From Eledone cirrhosa (Eukaryota): DNA of 64,000 nt. Shown in pieces: positions 30,938 to 45,040 of this stretch. The stretch covers positions 14,074,001 through 14,138,000 of the forward strand of contig OZ024750.1 of assembly GCA_964016885.1 (NCBI GenBank). Reading direction: 5' to 3'. The translations under genes and the position numbers were made by a program. Every line of letters starts with the position of its first letter. The first letter of the stretch is position 1. The notes under the pieces were generated by a model. The model was not told the DNA's origin, did no database searches, and saw only the letters and a list, made by a program, of their open reading frames with translations.

Positions 30938-31188
30938 GCTTTGATTTAAGTTAAAATGTAAATGACATATAATTGTGTTCGGAATTATTGTTATTACGAT
31001 TTATATTTATTATATTTATTATATTTATTATATTTATTATATTTATTATATTTATTATGAATTTAATATTATCAATGAACATTATAGTAATTATTAATAT
31101 TATCATCATCCTCATTATCAGTATCACTATCATCATCATCGTCATCATCATTATCATCATAGTCTTCATCATTATCATTATTATTATA

Positions 31189-31376
31189 GTGGATTGGCAG
31201 TATCGGTAGAGGGTCGGACGCCATGCTTTGATGTATAGAGTTACGGCCCTTTCCAATCTGAGTTCAAATCCCGCCGAGGTTAACTTTGCCTTTCATCCTT
31301 ACGGGGTCGATAAAATAAAGTACCAGTAATGCACTGGGTAATTTGCTGGCCTTGTGCCAAAAGTAGAAACAATTAT
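31189..31376 (+). mobile_element. Full-length SINE-1
   Basis: A box TGGCAGTATCGG, B box GAGTTCAAATCCC, core and tail. Confidence 0.92.
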
Positions 31377-31712
31377 TATTATAATTATTATGGCATCATA
31401 TAGTAAAGTTAAACTGACGGCGGTCCAGATCTGCCATTTCGTTTCAAATCCCAGTTGTAGCAATTTCACTATATTTGCTTCGTAAATATTCTTGGTGCAG
31501 TAAACATCACCTTTTCTCAAGAAAGTAGAGGCATATGTAAGAAATCTTTTAAAGTTATTTCTCTTTGTAAAACGCAAAGACTTCACGGTCACCGCCAACA
31601 AAATCAAACGAAAATCTCGATCTTTATACCTGTATATGAAACAATTACTAAGGCAGGTTTCGATTGTGGCAGGTTATGATTTTCATTTGCAAATTTCATA
31701 TATATATATATT

Positions 31713-31745
<33 letters not shown>

Positions 31746-31806
31746 ATATATGTATGTGTATATATATATATATGTATGTATGTGTATATATATATATATA
31801 TGTATG

Positions 31807-31839
<33 letters not shown>

Positions 31840-31850
31840 ATATATATATA

Positions 31851-31980
<130 letters not shown>

Positions 31981-32020
31981 TATGTATGTATATATATATA
32001 TATGTATGTATATATATATG

Positions 32021-32097
<77 letters not shown>

Positions 32098-32435
32098 CAA
32101 AATAGTCGTTTTGGAAGACTCAACAATGCAGATGGGTAAATCTCCAGGTAGGTAGCAAAATCAGGTGGTAATGAGAGAGGGAGAAGTATGAGGAAGCGTA
32201 GAAAGAGACGTAAGAAAGAATGTAAGAAATCTAACAAGAGATAGGGTTACCCTGGAAGTGATTTAATAGTCCCTATATTTCGGATTTCACATCCATCAAC
32301 TGGGGAATTTTCGAGAAGATAGAGTAGATTTACCCATATGCATTTTTGGAGCTTCCAAAACGGCTATTTTTCATATTCCACAATGCTTCAAGCAAACTTT
32401 AACACTCAAATGCATATATATATTTACATATATAT

Positions 32436-32555
<120 letters not shown>

Positions 32556-32593
32556 TTAATTAGAAAGTGAACAACACAATATATAACTACTCC

Positions 32594-32651
32594 ATTACCA
32601 AAGGTTTCAGGACCCTAGACAATATTAACATATGTCTAGTTCGCTCATCAG

Positions 32652-32653
<2 letters not shown>
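32594..32653 (-). ncRNA. Hammerhead ribozyme motif with stem I truncated by (TA)n
   Basis: Minus strand: CTGATGA-gcgaa[ctagaca..tgtctag]ggtcct-GAAA-cctttgg-TA. Confidence 0.55.
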
Positions 32654-32722
<69 letters not shown>

Positions 32723-32954
32723 CTAATACCTTAAGAAAATCATTTAAATTTCAACCCTCGTAAAACTATCAGTTTTCGTCCCATTATAAATGCAAAGTTA
32801 GCAGAATGTGTAGATATATAGAGTAACGTAGAAAATGCTTTGCAATAATTTTATTCTTTTATTGTTTCATTCTTTTACTGGTTCCCGTCATTGAACTGAA
32901 GCCAGGCTAAAGCTTTATCGGTTATATGGAGCCTAGAACTTTCATGTGTATCAT

Positions 32955-33273
32955 ATGCTTTGCAGCAAAGAGTTACGGCCCTTTACGTTCTGAGTTCAAA
33001 TCCCGACCAGGTTATCTTTGCCTTTCATCCTTACGGGGTCGATAAAATAAAGTACCAGTAATACACTGGTATAATTGCTGGCCTTGTGTCAAAAGTAGAA
33101 ACAATTATTATATGGACACCATGCTTTGCGGCATGGAGTTACGGCCCTTTACGTTCTGAGTTCAAATCCCACCAAGGTTATCTTTGCCTTTCATCCTTAC
33201 GGGGTCGATAAAATAAAGTACCAGTAATGCACAGGGATAATTGCTTGCCTTGTGCCAAAAGTAGAAATAATTA
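32955..33273 (+). mobile_element. Head-to-tail dimer of 5'-truncated SINE-1
   Basis: Two consecutive cores. The second starts ggacaccatgctttgc, as in the dimer at 27595. Confidence 0.9.
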
Positions 33274-33305
33274 TATTTGTTCGACGCACTCTTTCTGCCA
33301 TACCC

Positions 33306-33379
<74 letters not shown>

Positions 33380-33559
33380 GTAAGTTTCTGACCAGATTCC
33401 GTATACTAGATTTCACTGAAAAGGTTTGGTCGATGACGTTATGGTAGATGACACTTGCCCAGGTGCCATGCAGTGAGATCGAATCCTGAGCTATATGAAC
33501 GGAAATTAAACTTCACGTTGTTCCATCATATATATATATATACATAGATATATAAACAT

Positions 33560-33606
<47 letters not shown>

Positions 33607-33615
33607 TCACACATA

Positions 33616-33657
<42 letters not shown>

Positions 33658-33825
33658 TTTTCTCCAAAATATTTTTACCCTTTCTTTCTCTTCTCACCCT
33701 CTTCTATATTTTCATTTATTCCTCATTCTCTATTCCGATGAAGGACTATCGTCTAAAACGTTAAGACTCTTTTGTACTATATCAAGCATTAAACTAAAAT
33801 ATATCTAATACTACAACTACTACTA

Positions 33826-34397
33826 GGGCGGTGGATTGGCAGAATCATTAGAGTCGGACAAAATGATTCGTAATATTTAGTTACGTCCCTTTTCATTCTA
33901 AGTTCAAATCCCGTCGAGGTCAAATTTGCCTTTCATCCTTCCGGGATCGATAAAATAATCTACCATTCTACTGGAGTCGATGTAAACGATTTCCTCTTCC
34001 CCGCAAATTGTTGGCCTTGTGCCTAAATCAGAAAACATTACAATTATTTATTTACTACTACTTCTACTACTACTACTACTTCTACTACTATTACTACTAC
34101 TACTACTTCTACTACTATTACTACTACTACTACTTCTACTACTTCTACTACTTCTACTACTATTACTACTACTACTACTTCTACTACTACTACTTCTACT
34201 ACTACTACTAATACTCTCCTTAGATTAGTGGATTGGTAGAATTGTTGGAGCTTTGGACAAAATACTTTGCAGGGTTAATTAATTTTGCATTTCGTCCTTC
34301 CAGGGTCAACAGAATATGATACCAGTCAAGTACTGAGGTCGATTTAATCGATATTCCTACAAAAACATTTCTCGTCTTCTACCTAAATTAGAAACCA
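33826..34397 (+). mobile_element. Two diverged SINE-1 copies separated by (CTA)n
   Basis: Family head and core at 33826-34035 and 34228-34397. Confidence 0.75.
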
Positions 34398-36416
34398 TTT
34401 TTCGCTTTCTTTAGTTCCTTGTGTTTCATATAGAGCATTGGGCGACGACAGATATCCATTCTGTACGGCTGCGCGCCTTGTCACGGGCCTTCTCCCAGGC
34501 CTAGGCCATGTCTACCAGACCATTCCTCCACAGACCTCAACAAGGTCTTGAGAGTCTGACTTGTTTCCTACGCCCTCCTTCTGGCTTCCATTCAGGGAAG
34601 GCCCTCCCTGGTCTCTTCGTGGACATGAAGATCTTTTTGTCGTTTCTGTAGCAATTTTGATCAATGGAGATAAGGTTGCTGGCCTCTCGCTCCGAAACCT
34701 CCTCGCTTTTCAAACACAGGCCGAAAATTAACCTAGAGTCATTTCAACATCACCATTATCATCATCATTATCATTATTTTCATCATCATCATCATCGTCG
34801 TCATCGTTTTGGTTGGTACCGTAGTATTAAGGTGGTGTGATTTTCTCAGCGAAGTGAGTCCGCTGCACTTTTTTTATGACTTCCAATAATTAACGAAATG
34901 GTTTTTCACTAGCTCTACTTTAATGCCCTCGGGAAAGACATGAACATCACAACATTTCCATCATATCCCTACCCCATCTCCACCACCACCACCATCACCA
35001 CAACCACCTCTATTGAAATGTCATGACTACATGAAAAGTTACCAACGGGAAAGACATGAACATCACAACATTTCCATTATTTTTCTCCCTCATCTCCACA
35101 ACCGCCTCTATTGAAAAGTTACTGTTTAAAAAGTTTTCAATTTTCGTTGTTTTTCTTTTGTTTGTTTGTTTTTATTTGTTTTTTTTTATTATTATTATTA
35201 TTTCATTAACTTAAATTCTGAGATGTAAAATAAAAGAACCAAGACTGTTTAAAAGAGAAAAAAAAAGAAACAATTTGTGTTTCTGTCCAATGAACAGTAA
35301 ATATTACAGCTTCTGTGTATTAAATATATCCTAAAGAAATAAGCCGTCTTTCTTTATAAACCAATATCCACCCCAAACAACGTTGAAAGATACCAGCCCA
35401 AGGATGGAAATTTCAAATTACTTTTATTATTTTTTTTATATATATATATAAATTGCTTCTTTTTTTTATCGATTTGAAATTTTATATTGGTTAAACTGGG
35501 GTGTTTTTTTAAGCCGAAATCAGGTGACAAACAGAGATCCGAAATGACTAGAAATACTTGTTTTGGAAAGAATAAAAATATTGAACAATTTTTTCTTTTT
35601 AACAAATTTAATTTCATTTTTTATTGATATCTGATACAATTTTCAAAATTTAAATCCATTAATTTCAAAATGATTGCTAAGTTTTTAAATTAATTTCTAT
35701 CTTGAAAATAAACATCTATTAATTTCTTCTAGACTTAAGTTAAATGGTGTTGGGTATTTAATATTGAAAATTGTTTCTGCTGTCGTTTTTATTTTGTTAT
35801 TCTGAATATCGAGGAGAATGAATGCTTCCAACAGTCACAAAGGAAATTAAATTCTAACTAGTCAATAAAAAGAATTGTACACAGTCGTTTGACTAGCAAG
35901 CCATAGTAGCAAGACACGTCTTCAAATAACACCCTGCTTTCTTAAGAAAGCAAAGGAAAGAATATAATTGGATTATGTAAGATATACTAAATCTGAAAGA
36001 AAAGAAAATGGCAGAATGGTCATATCTAGAACGCTTTTGATCATAGGTCTGATTAATCAGGACACATCTGGGGATCTAAAACATATTAAATTTCAATTTC
36101 AGATTTTGAAAAGTTTTCAACGTTTTCTCCGATTTCGGTTTATGAAAACATCTTAGGTTTTTTTAATCACTTTGAAATTTTGAACAAAAAAAAAATTGTT
36201 TTGTAATGAAAAACTGGAAAAAGTGAAAAAAAAAATTAAAAGAAATTGCTGTACCTGTAGCAAATTAACTCTTTTATATTATAATTGTCTTTCTGGTTGC
36301 ATGTTACAAATGAAAAGGTTCCCAGGATAGCCTCCATTATCACACTTTGATGTGTAATGAATGACAATTTCAAGTAATAACTAATGTATATTTTTTTCGT
36401 GTAATTATTATTATTA

Positions 36417-36520
<104 letters not shown>

Positions 36521-36523
36521 TAA

Positions 36524-36740
36524 GTGGTATGGATTATCAGAAACACAAAGCAACGAACAAAATGCTGCACAGTATGTTGTTCCGCACCTTCTCTTTCTGA
36601 CTTCAAAAAAAAACGCGCCGCGGTCGACTTTGCCTTTCATCTCTTCTGAGGTCGATAAAATAAGTACCAGACATGTACTGGGGTTGATTAAGTCGACTAT
36701 ACACTCCTCAACAAATCTGTGGCATTGTGCCATTATAAGA
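36524..36740 (+). mobile_element. Old SINE-1 copy
   Basis: gtcgactttgcctttcatc..gtcgataaaataagtaccag core. Confidence 0.7.
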
Positions 36741-36888
36741 TATCATTATTATTTATTACTGATTTTATTGTTGTTGATTTTTTTTCTTAACATATTGGCG
36801 ACAGCACCAAATAAAAAGAAAATTAACAAAAACAATAAGAATTCCTTTTTTAAAATATACCCTGACACACATACACACAATACACACA

Positions 36889-36933
<45 letters not shown>

Positions 36934-37010
36934 AATTTATATATAAATGCATATATTTATATATATATTTTATATATATATATACACATAAATATATATA
37001 TATATATATA

Positions 37011-37062
<52 letters not shown>

Positions 37063-37191
37063 CATATATATTTATATATGTATATATACATTTATATATT
37101 TATATATGCATATATGTATATGTGTACATATTTATATATACATATACATAAATCTATATGAATATATAAATACATATATACATACATATTA

Positions 37192-37236
<45 letters not shown>

Positions 37237-37466
37237 TATATACATATATATCCATATATATATATATATATACATACATACACGCATACATTTACGTATA
37301 TATTCAAACATATATATATATATATATACATACATACATACATATACACATACATACATACATACATACATATACACATACATACATCCATACATACATA
37401 CATCCATACATACATCCATCCATACATACATACATACATACATACATACATACATACATACATACA

Positions 37467-37497
<31 letters not shown>

Positions 37498-39146
37498 TTT
37501 AATCATGGACAAATAAATAAAAAAAAAACAATAATAACATTTGCAACTACACACACTGTCTGTCATATCAACACATTCAGAGTTGTAATATAGATTTGAT
37601 TGGTCCATTCGGTCCGTTTGTGCAAAATAAATTATGAATCTAACAATAATCGTGTTGGCTTTCTTTTTTCTTCCTTATTTAACTATGTACATGTTTGTAT
37701 ACGCGTGGTTGTGTTGTCTGTGGTACCCCAACATGGCTTCAGTCATGTGATTGCGGCCATGTTGGGGTAAAAACTGTAAAAGAATAAAAGCAAGATTATG
37801 TATGTGTATGTGTGTGTGTTTCTGTGTGTGCGTGCATGCGTACATATATGTCTGTGTGTCGGTCTGGTGTAGTGTGGTGTCTGTGTTTGTGCCTGCCTCT
37901 GTGTGTGTGAGCCTTTGTGTGTGTGGGGGGGGGGTGATATGAATCTGTGGACTATACTAAAAAAAGTTCCTTATATTTCTTTTGAATATGAAGATGCTTT
38001 GTGGTCCTTAATTGTTAATCTAGACTTTGCAGAATGCGTGAACTACAATATGTAAATGAGGGGACAACACCAATACACAGCAAAGGACAGCAGCTATAAA
38101 CACGGAATCATATCAGCGTTTTGGAATGCATGACTGTCGTGACAGGAGAAAGATTCTAATCCAGCCAAGATATGGATATATCGCACCAGATGTCGACTTC
38201 CATATTGTAGACCACTCACTGGAAACTTCTTCTTCTTCTTGGTGTGAGCCCTTTCACCTCAGTTCATTGTGATGAAGTTGTAATTGAGAGATGTAAGACG
38301 CTGTTTGGCACTTTGATACTGCTGTGTGCTTTTATGGATGACATTACCGTTAATAGTGAAGAATCAAACCTGGAAGCCTAAATACGCAATTAAAATATAT
38401 TAGTAATAAAGATATAATGTGCAATAACTAAAGATATTATACTAAACTAATTACATACTGATACACATATACTACTCACCAACTTAAAGTTATAGATATA
38501 CAACTAAAGCATATAATAATACTTATTAAATGAAGTTATAAAAATTATAGAATTAACATTAATAGAACATACTAAGAAAAACAATACAACATTTATGAAA
38601 GCTTAACTCAGTAATAAATATATCAATAATTAAGAGAAGGTCTAGTTACTAAGAAACTTATAACTTAAGATATATTAATAGATGATATTCTTACGCTGTA
38701 CGTAGGTCAAAGTGAAATAACCTATAATATAGTCCAGGTTAATAAGAATTACAAAATACAATTTAACCTAAACTCAATTAAATTTAACTAAAATAAATTA
38801 AATTAATAATATTTTCCATTCAGAACTGGTTGGAACTTTCCAATAATTCTTTTTTTTTTATCCTTCTTTTGACTTTACTTCAATCATGGAGTTTATAAAA
38901 ATGGGAATAGCTTTAATTAAGCTATAAGCGAAATAACAACAAATGATGAATTGTTGAACTGTTGTTTATTGTATGACAAACATTTACAATGAGTAAGAAG
39001 GAATGATCTACCTCTAAAATTCAGGTCTTGTTCTTGTTACTCACCTCACCGGAAGTCCCTTCACTGCCGACCAGTTCAATAACGAGTCTGCAGTAAAGTC
39101 CCTTCCGTCAACAGTCTTTACCAGCTCGCGGTAATGCTCTACATAA

Positions 39147-39194
<48 letters not shown>

Positions 39195-39263
39195 ATTATA
39201 ATAAATGTGAAGACTAAAATCCGAAGAGGGCTCGACAAGGATAATGTATATATAAAAATCTAT

Positions 39264-39318
39264 AAAGTTTCAGAAGATCCCGTTAAGGGTGAAAGCAGCG
39301 ATTCTTTGCTAAAACTTT
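39264..39318 (+). ncRNA. Variant type-I hammerhead motif (CAGAAGA core) in a 136-bp element (39191-39326) inside (TA)n
   Basis: aaagttt-CAGAAGA-t-ccc-gttaa-ggg-t-GAAA-gca-gcgattctt-tgc-TA-aaacttt. All three stems pair. Confidence 0.7.
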
Positions 39319-39324
39319 AATCTG

Positions 39325-39386
<62 letters not shown>

Positions 39387-39518
39387 TGTTATTGCAGCAT
39401 GTTTCCAAATGAGCCCTTAGTTGAATCTATCTGACTCTATGTTCCCTATATTATGGACAGTGTTCTCGCATATATTCTGATAATAAGTTTCCCACAGTAA
39501 ATTAGATTTCAGCTTTTA

Positions 39519-39877
39519 CGAGAGTGGGCTGAAACGTTCATAGGCTGACTAAGAAGAAGTGATGCTAGAGCTATGAAATCTTGCATGCCTGAATTTCAAC
39601 TCCTCTTATTAATAACTGCATTGTTTCTTTCCAATGACTATGTTTAAAAATAAACCCTATTGGATCATTCCATGAGAGTACCTTGATCATAGGCTGACTA
39701 TGAAGGATTGATGCTAGAGCTGCGAAATCTTGCATGTATTAATTTCAACTTTTCTTATTAATAACTGCATTGTTTCTTTCCAAGAACTATGTTGAAAAAT
39801 TAACCTCATTTGATCATTCCATGAGAGTATCTTAGTCAGTTATGAACATGTCTGCCTAACTTTTCAGCTGACCCTCG
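39519..39877. mobile_element. Mariner-type MITE with an internal tandem duplication of about 150 bp
   Basis: TA-cgagagtgggctgaaa ... tttcagctgaccctcg-TA. Second copy starts at 48512. Confidence 0.8.
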
Positions 39878-40110
39878 TACGGTTTTCATTTACAAATATT
39901 TTGCTTCTGGGTTCTCTGTTGATATAATAATCAGCATGCTTAAATTGACATTAAATGAGAGAGAACTGATTTCATATAAGTAGAGTATATGTTTGATTTT
40001 ACCAGGAAATTGTCCGATAAGCTGTGCAATGGCGAAACTTCTGAGTCGTTGTTCGCATTTTCCTTGTAAGATTATGTATGTGTGTGTGTATGTATGCAGA
40101 TGTATATGTA

Positions 40111-40261
<151 letters not shown>

Positions 40262-40360
40262 ATGTATGTATATATATACAAATAAAAGGCAGAGATAATA
40301 ACTCATTCTGATACCCTGTAATTAACAAGCTCAAAGTATAAATACTGAGCATTTCAATAA

Positions 40361-40656
40361 TATATGTAGTAATAAACACAGTAAACCGTGTGTCTAAAGT
40401 TACGAGGGTTGAAATACCACATTTGTTTGAGAAATTTAATCAGAAGCAAACGGAATATAAATAAAATAAAATAAAATATATACAGACCGCCTCAATAACT
40501 ATTACATCTCCCGGACAGATTATGGATTTAATCTGTCTATAATATGTCCATAATATGTTATTTTATGTATATTCCGTTTGCTTCTGATTAAATTTCTCAA
40601 ACAAATGTGGTAAATCAACCCTCGTAACTTTAGACACACGATTTACTGTGTTTATT

Positions 40657-40666
<10 letters not shown>
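40361..40666. repeat. Inverted repeat, about 105-bp arms around a 90-bp spacer, next to (TA)n
   Basis: tatatgtagtaataaacacagtaaa...ggaatata mirrored by tatattcc...tttactgtgtttattactacatata. Confidence 0.9.
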
Positions 40667-40696
<30 letters not shown>

Positions 40697-40737
40697 CGAA
40701 ACATAAGTCAATTGCATGAACTCATAATCCTTTATTT

Positions 40738-40793
40738 ACTGCTATATACATTTCGATGATAGCCATTGAATGGCTATGACCTCATCAGGTAGT
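40738..40793 (-). ncRNA. Type-I hammerhead ribozyme motif
   Basis: Minus strand: actac-CTGATGA-ggtc[atagcca-ttcaa-tggctat]catc-GAAA-tgtata-TA-gcagt. One mismatch in stem I. Confidence 0.65.
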
Positions 40794-40841
40794 TAGTCAG
40801 TTCTTAGATATGCCAGCGCTGTGTTTATGGTGTTGATGGTA

Positions 40842-41001
<160 letters not shown>

Positions 41002-41104
41002 TCTCGGTATGGTGAACTAACTGTTGTGGAACTACTTCTACCAAACTCGTCCCATGGACTGAGTGCTCTACTACTACGGATATAACCCTCCAGTGTTCTA
41101 CTAT

Positions 41105-41269
<165 letters not shown>

Positions 41270-41767
41270 GCGTGTGTGTGTGTGTTTTATTTCCAACAAC
41301 AATTTGCCGTTGTCTTGCATATCAAAATGTGGATGAACACAATATGAAACCAAACGAAAATAAAAGACAAAGCCATTTGTAGGTTGTCGTTTATCAACAG
41401 TGACCTACATTTTAGAGTGGTATTTTAGGTAGAATTTTTGCTGAATCAACCATTGACTAAATGCATTTCTCGTGTTTAAACTATCTAATGTTTTGATAAA
41501 ATGTTTGATAAGGCTCGCTCAAGTACAAACCTGTCACTAGCGATATTAATGATCGCTCCACGCGTCTGATTTACAATAAATATGGAATGATTTAAGTAGA
41601 AATTTCAGTATGTATGGTTGATAATTTTGCATAAGGAAGTTAAAGGATGACGATTTAAATAAGTAAACAAGTTATATTCTATCTATTATAATATATTCCT
41701 TCAAATTCATTTTCTTAAAATCAAAATTTCGTACACCTCTTTGTAAACTGAATCTGATATACACTAC

Positions 41768-42148
41768 CAGACCTGCCAACCTCTAAAACCAAAATGGGGA
41801 GAACCATAAAGGGTAAAAGTACCTCCAAAACGGGGAGAAATGAGGCAAAATGTGGAGATTTTACATAATTGTTTCTACGTTAGGCACAAGGCCAGCAATT
41901 ATATCAGTGCATTACTGGTACTTTATTTTATCGACCCCGTAAGGATGAAAGGCAAAGTTAACCTCAGCGGGATTTGAACTCAGACCGTAAAGGGTCGTAA
42001 CTATTTGCTGCAAAGCATGGCGTCCGACCCTCTACCGATACTGCCAAATGAAAGTCCTTACCTATTTTCACAAGAGAAGACATCTCTCAGTCACCCCAAA
42101 GGCTATTATTGCAACTCTCCCCGTCGGACGGGGAGAGTTGACAGGTCT
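41768..42148. mobile_element. MITE with nested SINE-1 (41866-42047, minus)
   Basis: TIRs cagacctgccaac / gttgacaggtctg and repeated gggag motifs. Confidence 0.7.
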
Positions 42149-42529
42149 GTATATCCTCATTCCTAAACTAAATTGCAATATTTACTTCGACTAAGGAAAT
42201 ATGACGAAATCAAGGACAGTTATTTTAAAATTTGGTATGTATATATGTGTGTGCGTGTGTGTGTGTGCGTGTGTGTGTGTGTAAACGTAAAAAAAAATAA
42301 CGTGAGTATGCTGGAGCAAACGCTGGTTCAGGAATCGAACCCACGGCATTTCAATTATAATTCTAACACCTTTACCACTGAGCCATACGCCTTCACTTTG
42401 ACAAATAGGGAGGAAATTATTTACAAATATTTGACTGGTAACTGAACTGGACGAAGATAAAAGAGTTCCATAACATTAGGTCTGGAGAACATAAACTGTA
42501 GACAAATGAATAAGACACAGGAGGAAGAG

Positions 42530-43220
42530 GGGGGCGATGTGGTGGTGGTGGTGGTGGTGGGTGGTGGTGGTGGTGGTGGTGGTGGCGGAAGGCGACGATG
42601 TTGTGGTGATGGTGGTGGAAGGGGAGAAGGAGGGGGTAATGGTGGTGGCGGTGGTGGAGGAAGGCGACGATGTTGTGGTGATGGTGGTGGAGGGGGAGAA
42701 GGAGGGGGTAATAGTGGTGGTGGTGGTGGCGGTGGTGGTGGCGGTGGTGGTGGTGGCGGAAGGCGACGATGTTGTGGTGATGGTGGTGGAAGGGGAGAAG
42801 GAGGGGGTAATGGTGGTGGCGGTGGTGGAGGAAGGCGACGATGTGGTGGTGATGGTTGTGGAGGGGGAGAAGGAGGGGGTAATGGTGGTGGTGGTGGTGG
42901 CGGTGGTGGAGGAAGGCGACGATGTTGTGGTGATGGTGGTGGAGGGGGAGAAGGGGGGGGTAATGGTGGTGGTGGTGGTGGCGGTGGCGGTGGTGGAGGA
43001 AGGCGACGATGTTGTGGTGATGGTGGTGGAGGGGGAGAAGGGGGGGGGGGGGGGTAATGGTGGTGGTGGTGGTGGTGGCGGCGGCGGTGGAGGAAGAAGA
43101 CGATGTGGTGGTGATGGTGGTGGTGGTGGAGAAGGAGGGGGTAATGGTGGTGGTGGTGGTGGCGGTGGTGGAGGAAGAAGACGGTGTGGTGGTGGTGGGG
43201 CGGCGGTGGTGGAGGGGGAG
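42530..43220. repeat. G-rich minisatellite (about 70-100-bp units)
   Basis: Unit ggaaggcgacgatgttgtggtgatggtggtggagggggagaaggagggggtaat(ggt)n, about 7-8 copies. Confidence 0.92.
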
Positions 43221-43452
43221 TAGGATTGACCTTCAATGTGTTAAATCTATCGTAATTAGCTGTGACTATTACACAGTTGTAATTAACCTCAGATAATTAT
43301 CAGTTATCTAAGTAACTAATTAAACACTCTACATTACATATCTCTAAATAGTCACAGCTAGTTAACAGTCAATACCATCTCTCTGTGTGGTGGTGGTGGT
43401 GGTGGTGGTGGTGGTGTTGATGATGGTGGTAGTGATGATGATGATGATGGTC

Positions 43453-43484
<32 letters not shown>

Positions 43485-44097
43485 GGTGATAATGATGATG
43501 ATGGTGGTGGTGATGATGATGATGGTGGTGGTGGTGATAATGATGATGATGGTGGTGATGATGGTGATGGTGGTGGTGGTGTTGATGATGATGATGATGG
43601 TGGTGGTGGTGGCAGATGATATTAATGAGGATGATGATCATGATCATGATCGTTATGATGATGATGATCATGATGATGATGACGATGACGATGATGATGA
43701 TGATGGAGTCGATAAAATAAAGTACCAGTGACATACTGGGGTCGATTTAATCGACTTTTACCTTCCCCCAAATTTGTTGGCTTTGGGTTTAAATCAGAAA
43801 CCATTATCTATCACAAAGTAATTTTTTCTCAGTCTTTCTGTTTATTCGGTATTGTTAGTGTTGGCTGGCGTCTCTTTTTACTGTTTGTACGTCTGTGCTA
43901 AATGTAAATTTCCTTTGCTTTTTTTTTTGCTAGGGATATATTTATTTCTGTTAATGCAACCACCACTGCAATGATCTCCTCTCTCTCTCTCTCTCTCTGC
44001 TCTCACAATATATGAATACGTTTAAAGTAAACGAACTGTTTACAAATATAAAGTCGTAAAACATCTGGAAAGAAACCTTACTTTTTATACTTCTATA

Positions 44098-44385
44098 GTG
44101 GAAGCATGTGGCCTAGGGGTAAGGATGTTGGACTTACGATCATAATGTCATAGGTTCGATTCCTGGGCTGGGTTGCGTGGTTATGTTCTTGAGCAAAAAA
44201 ACATTTTGAGTATTTCACGTTGCTCCAGTATACTCAACTGAAAATGAGTACCAGCAATAACTGGGGGTTTAACCCTGTGATGGACTGAAGTGCTGTCCAG
44301 TGGGAAGTCTTGTACTCTCATCCGCTTCACGCCATGAAACCGTGATAAGCACTAGCCTAACGAGACTTCTGGCTTACAGACTTTA
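44098..44385 (+). mobile_element. tRNA-derived SINE, group 2
   Basis: A box TGGCCTAGGGG, B box GGTTCGATTCC and the group-2 modules. Confidence 0.85.
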
Positions 44386-44456
44386 AACTAGACTAGACTC
44401 TTTTTTTTGCTAGGGATATATTTATTTCTGCCAATGCAACCACCACTGCAGTGATC

Positions 44457-44550
<94 letters not shown>

Positions 44551-44857
44551 TATCACAAGATATGAATACGTTTAAAGTATAAATAAACCAACTGTTTACA
44601 AATTTAAAGTTGTAGAACATCTGGAAAGAAACCCTACTTTTCTTTGTCCCGAGATAAAATAGGCTGAATTCAAATGATGATGATGATGATGATGTTCTAA
44701 AGACTTTTATTGTTAAAATTTTCTAAAGAAACATTTTTTTGTCATTAAATGCAGTAAAATTAGTTTTTCTATGGATCGAGTTCTAACTTGTCTGTTCAAC
44801 CCAATGATAATAAGAATGAAAATAATAATAATACTGCTAATCTACCGCAATAATAAT

Positions 44858-45040
44858 TGGATTGGCAGTATCGGTAGAAGGTCGGACGCCATGCTTTGCA
44901 GCATATTGTTACTGCCCTTTACGTTCTGAGTTTAAATCCCGCCGAGGTTAGCTTTGATTTCATCCTTACGGGTCGATAAAATAAAATACCAGTAATGCAC
45001 TGGGTAATTGCTGGCCTTGTGCCAATAATAGAAACAATTA
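44858..45040 (+). mobile_element. SINE-1
   Basis: Family head, core and tail. Confidence 0.9.

Noticed and set aside
31189-31280. tRNA genes suggested by A/B boxes
   Set aside because: No complete cloverleaf. The boxes are heads of multi-copy SINEs followed by SINE core and tail.
33733-33770. CCGATGA-aggac-tatc-gtct-AAAA-cgt-TA possible decayed hammerhead
   Set aside because: Two core positions deviate, stem I is unclear, and there is only a single copy here.
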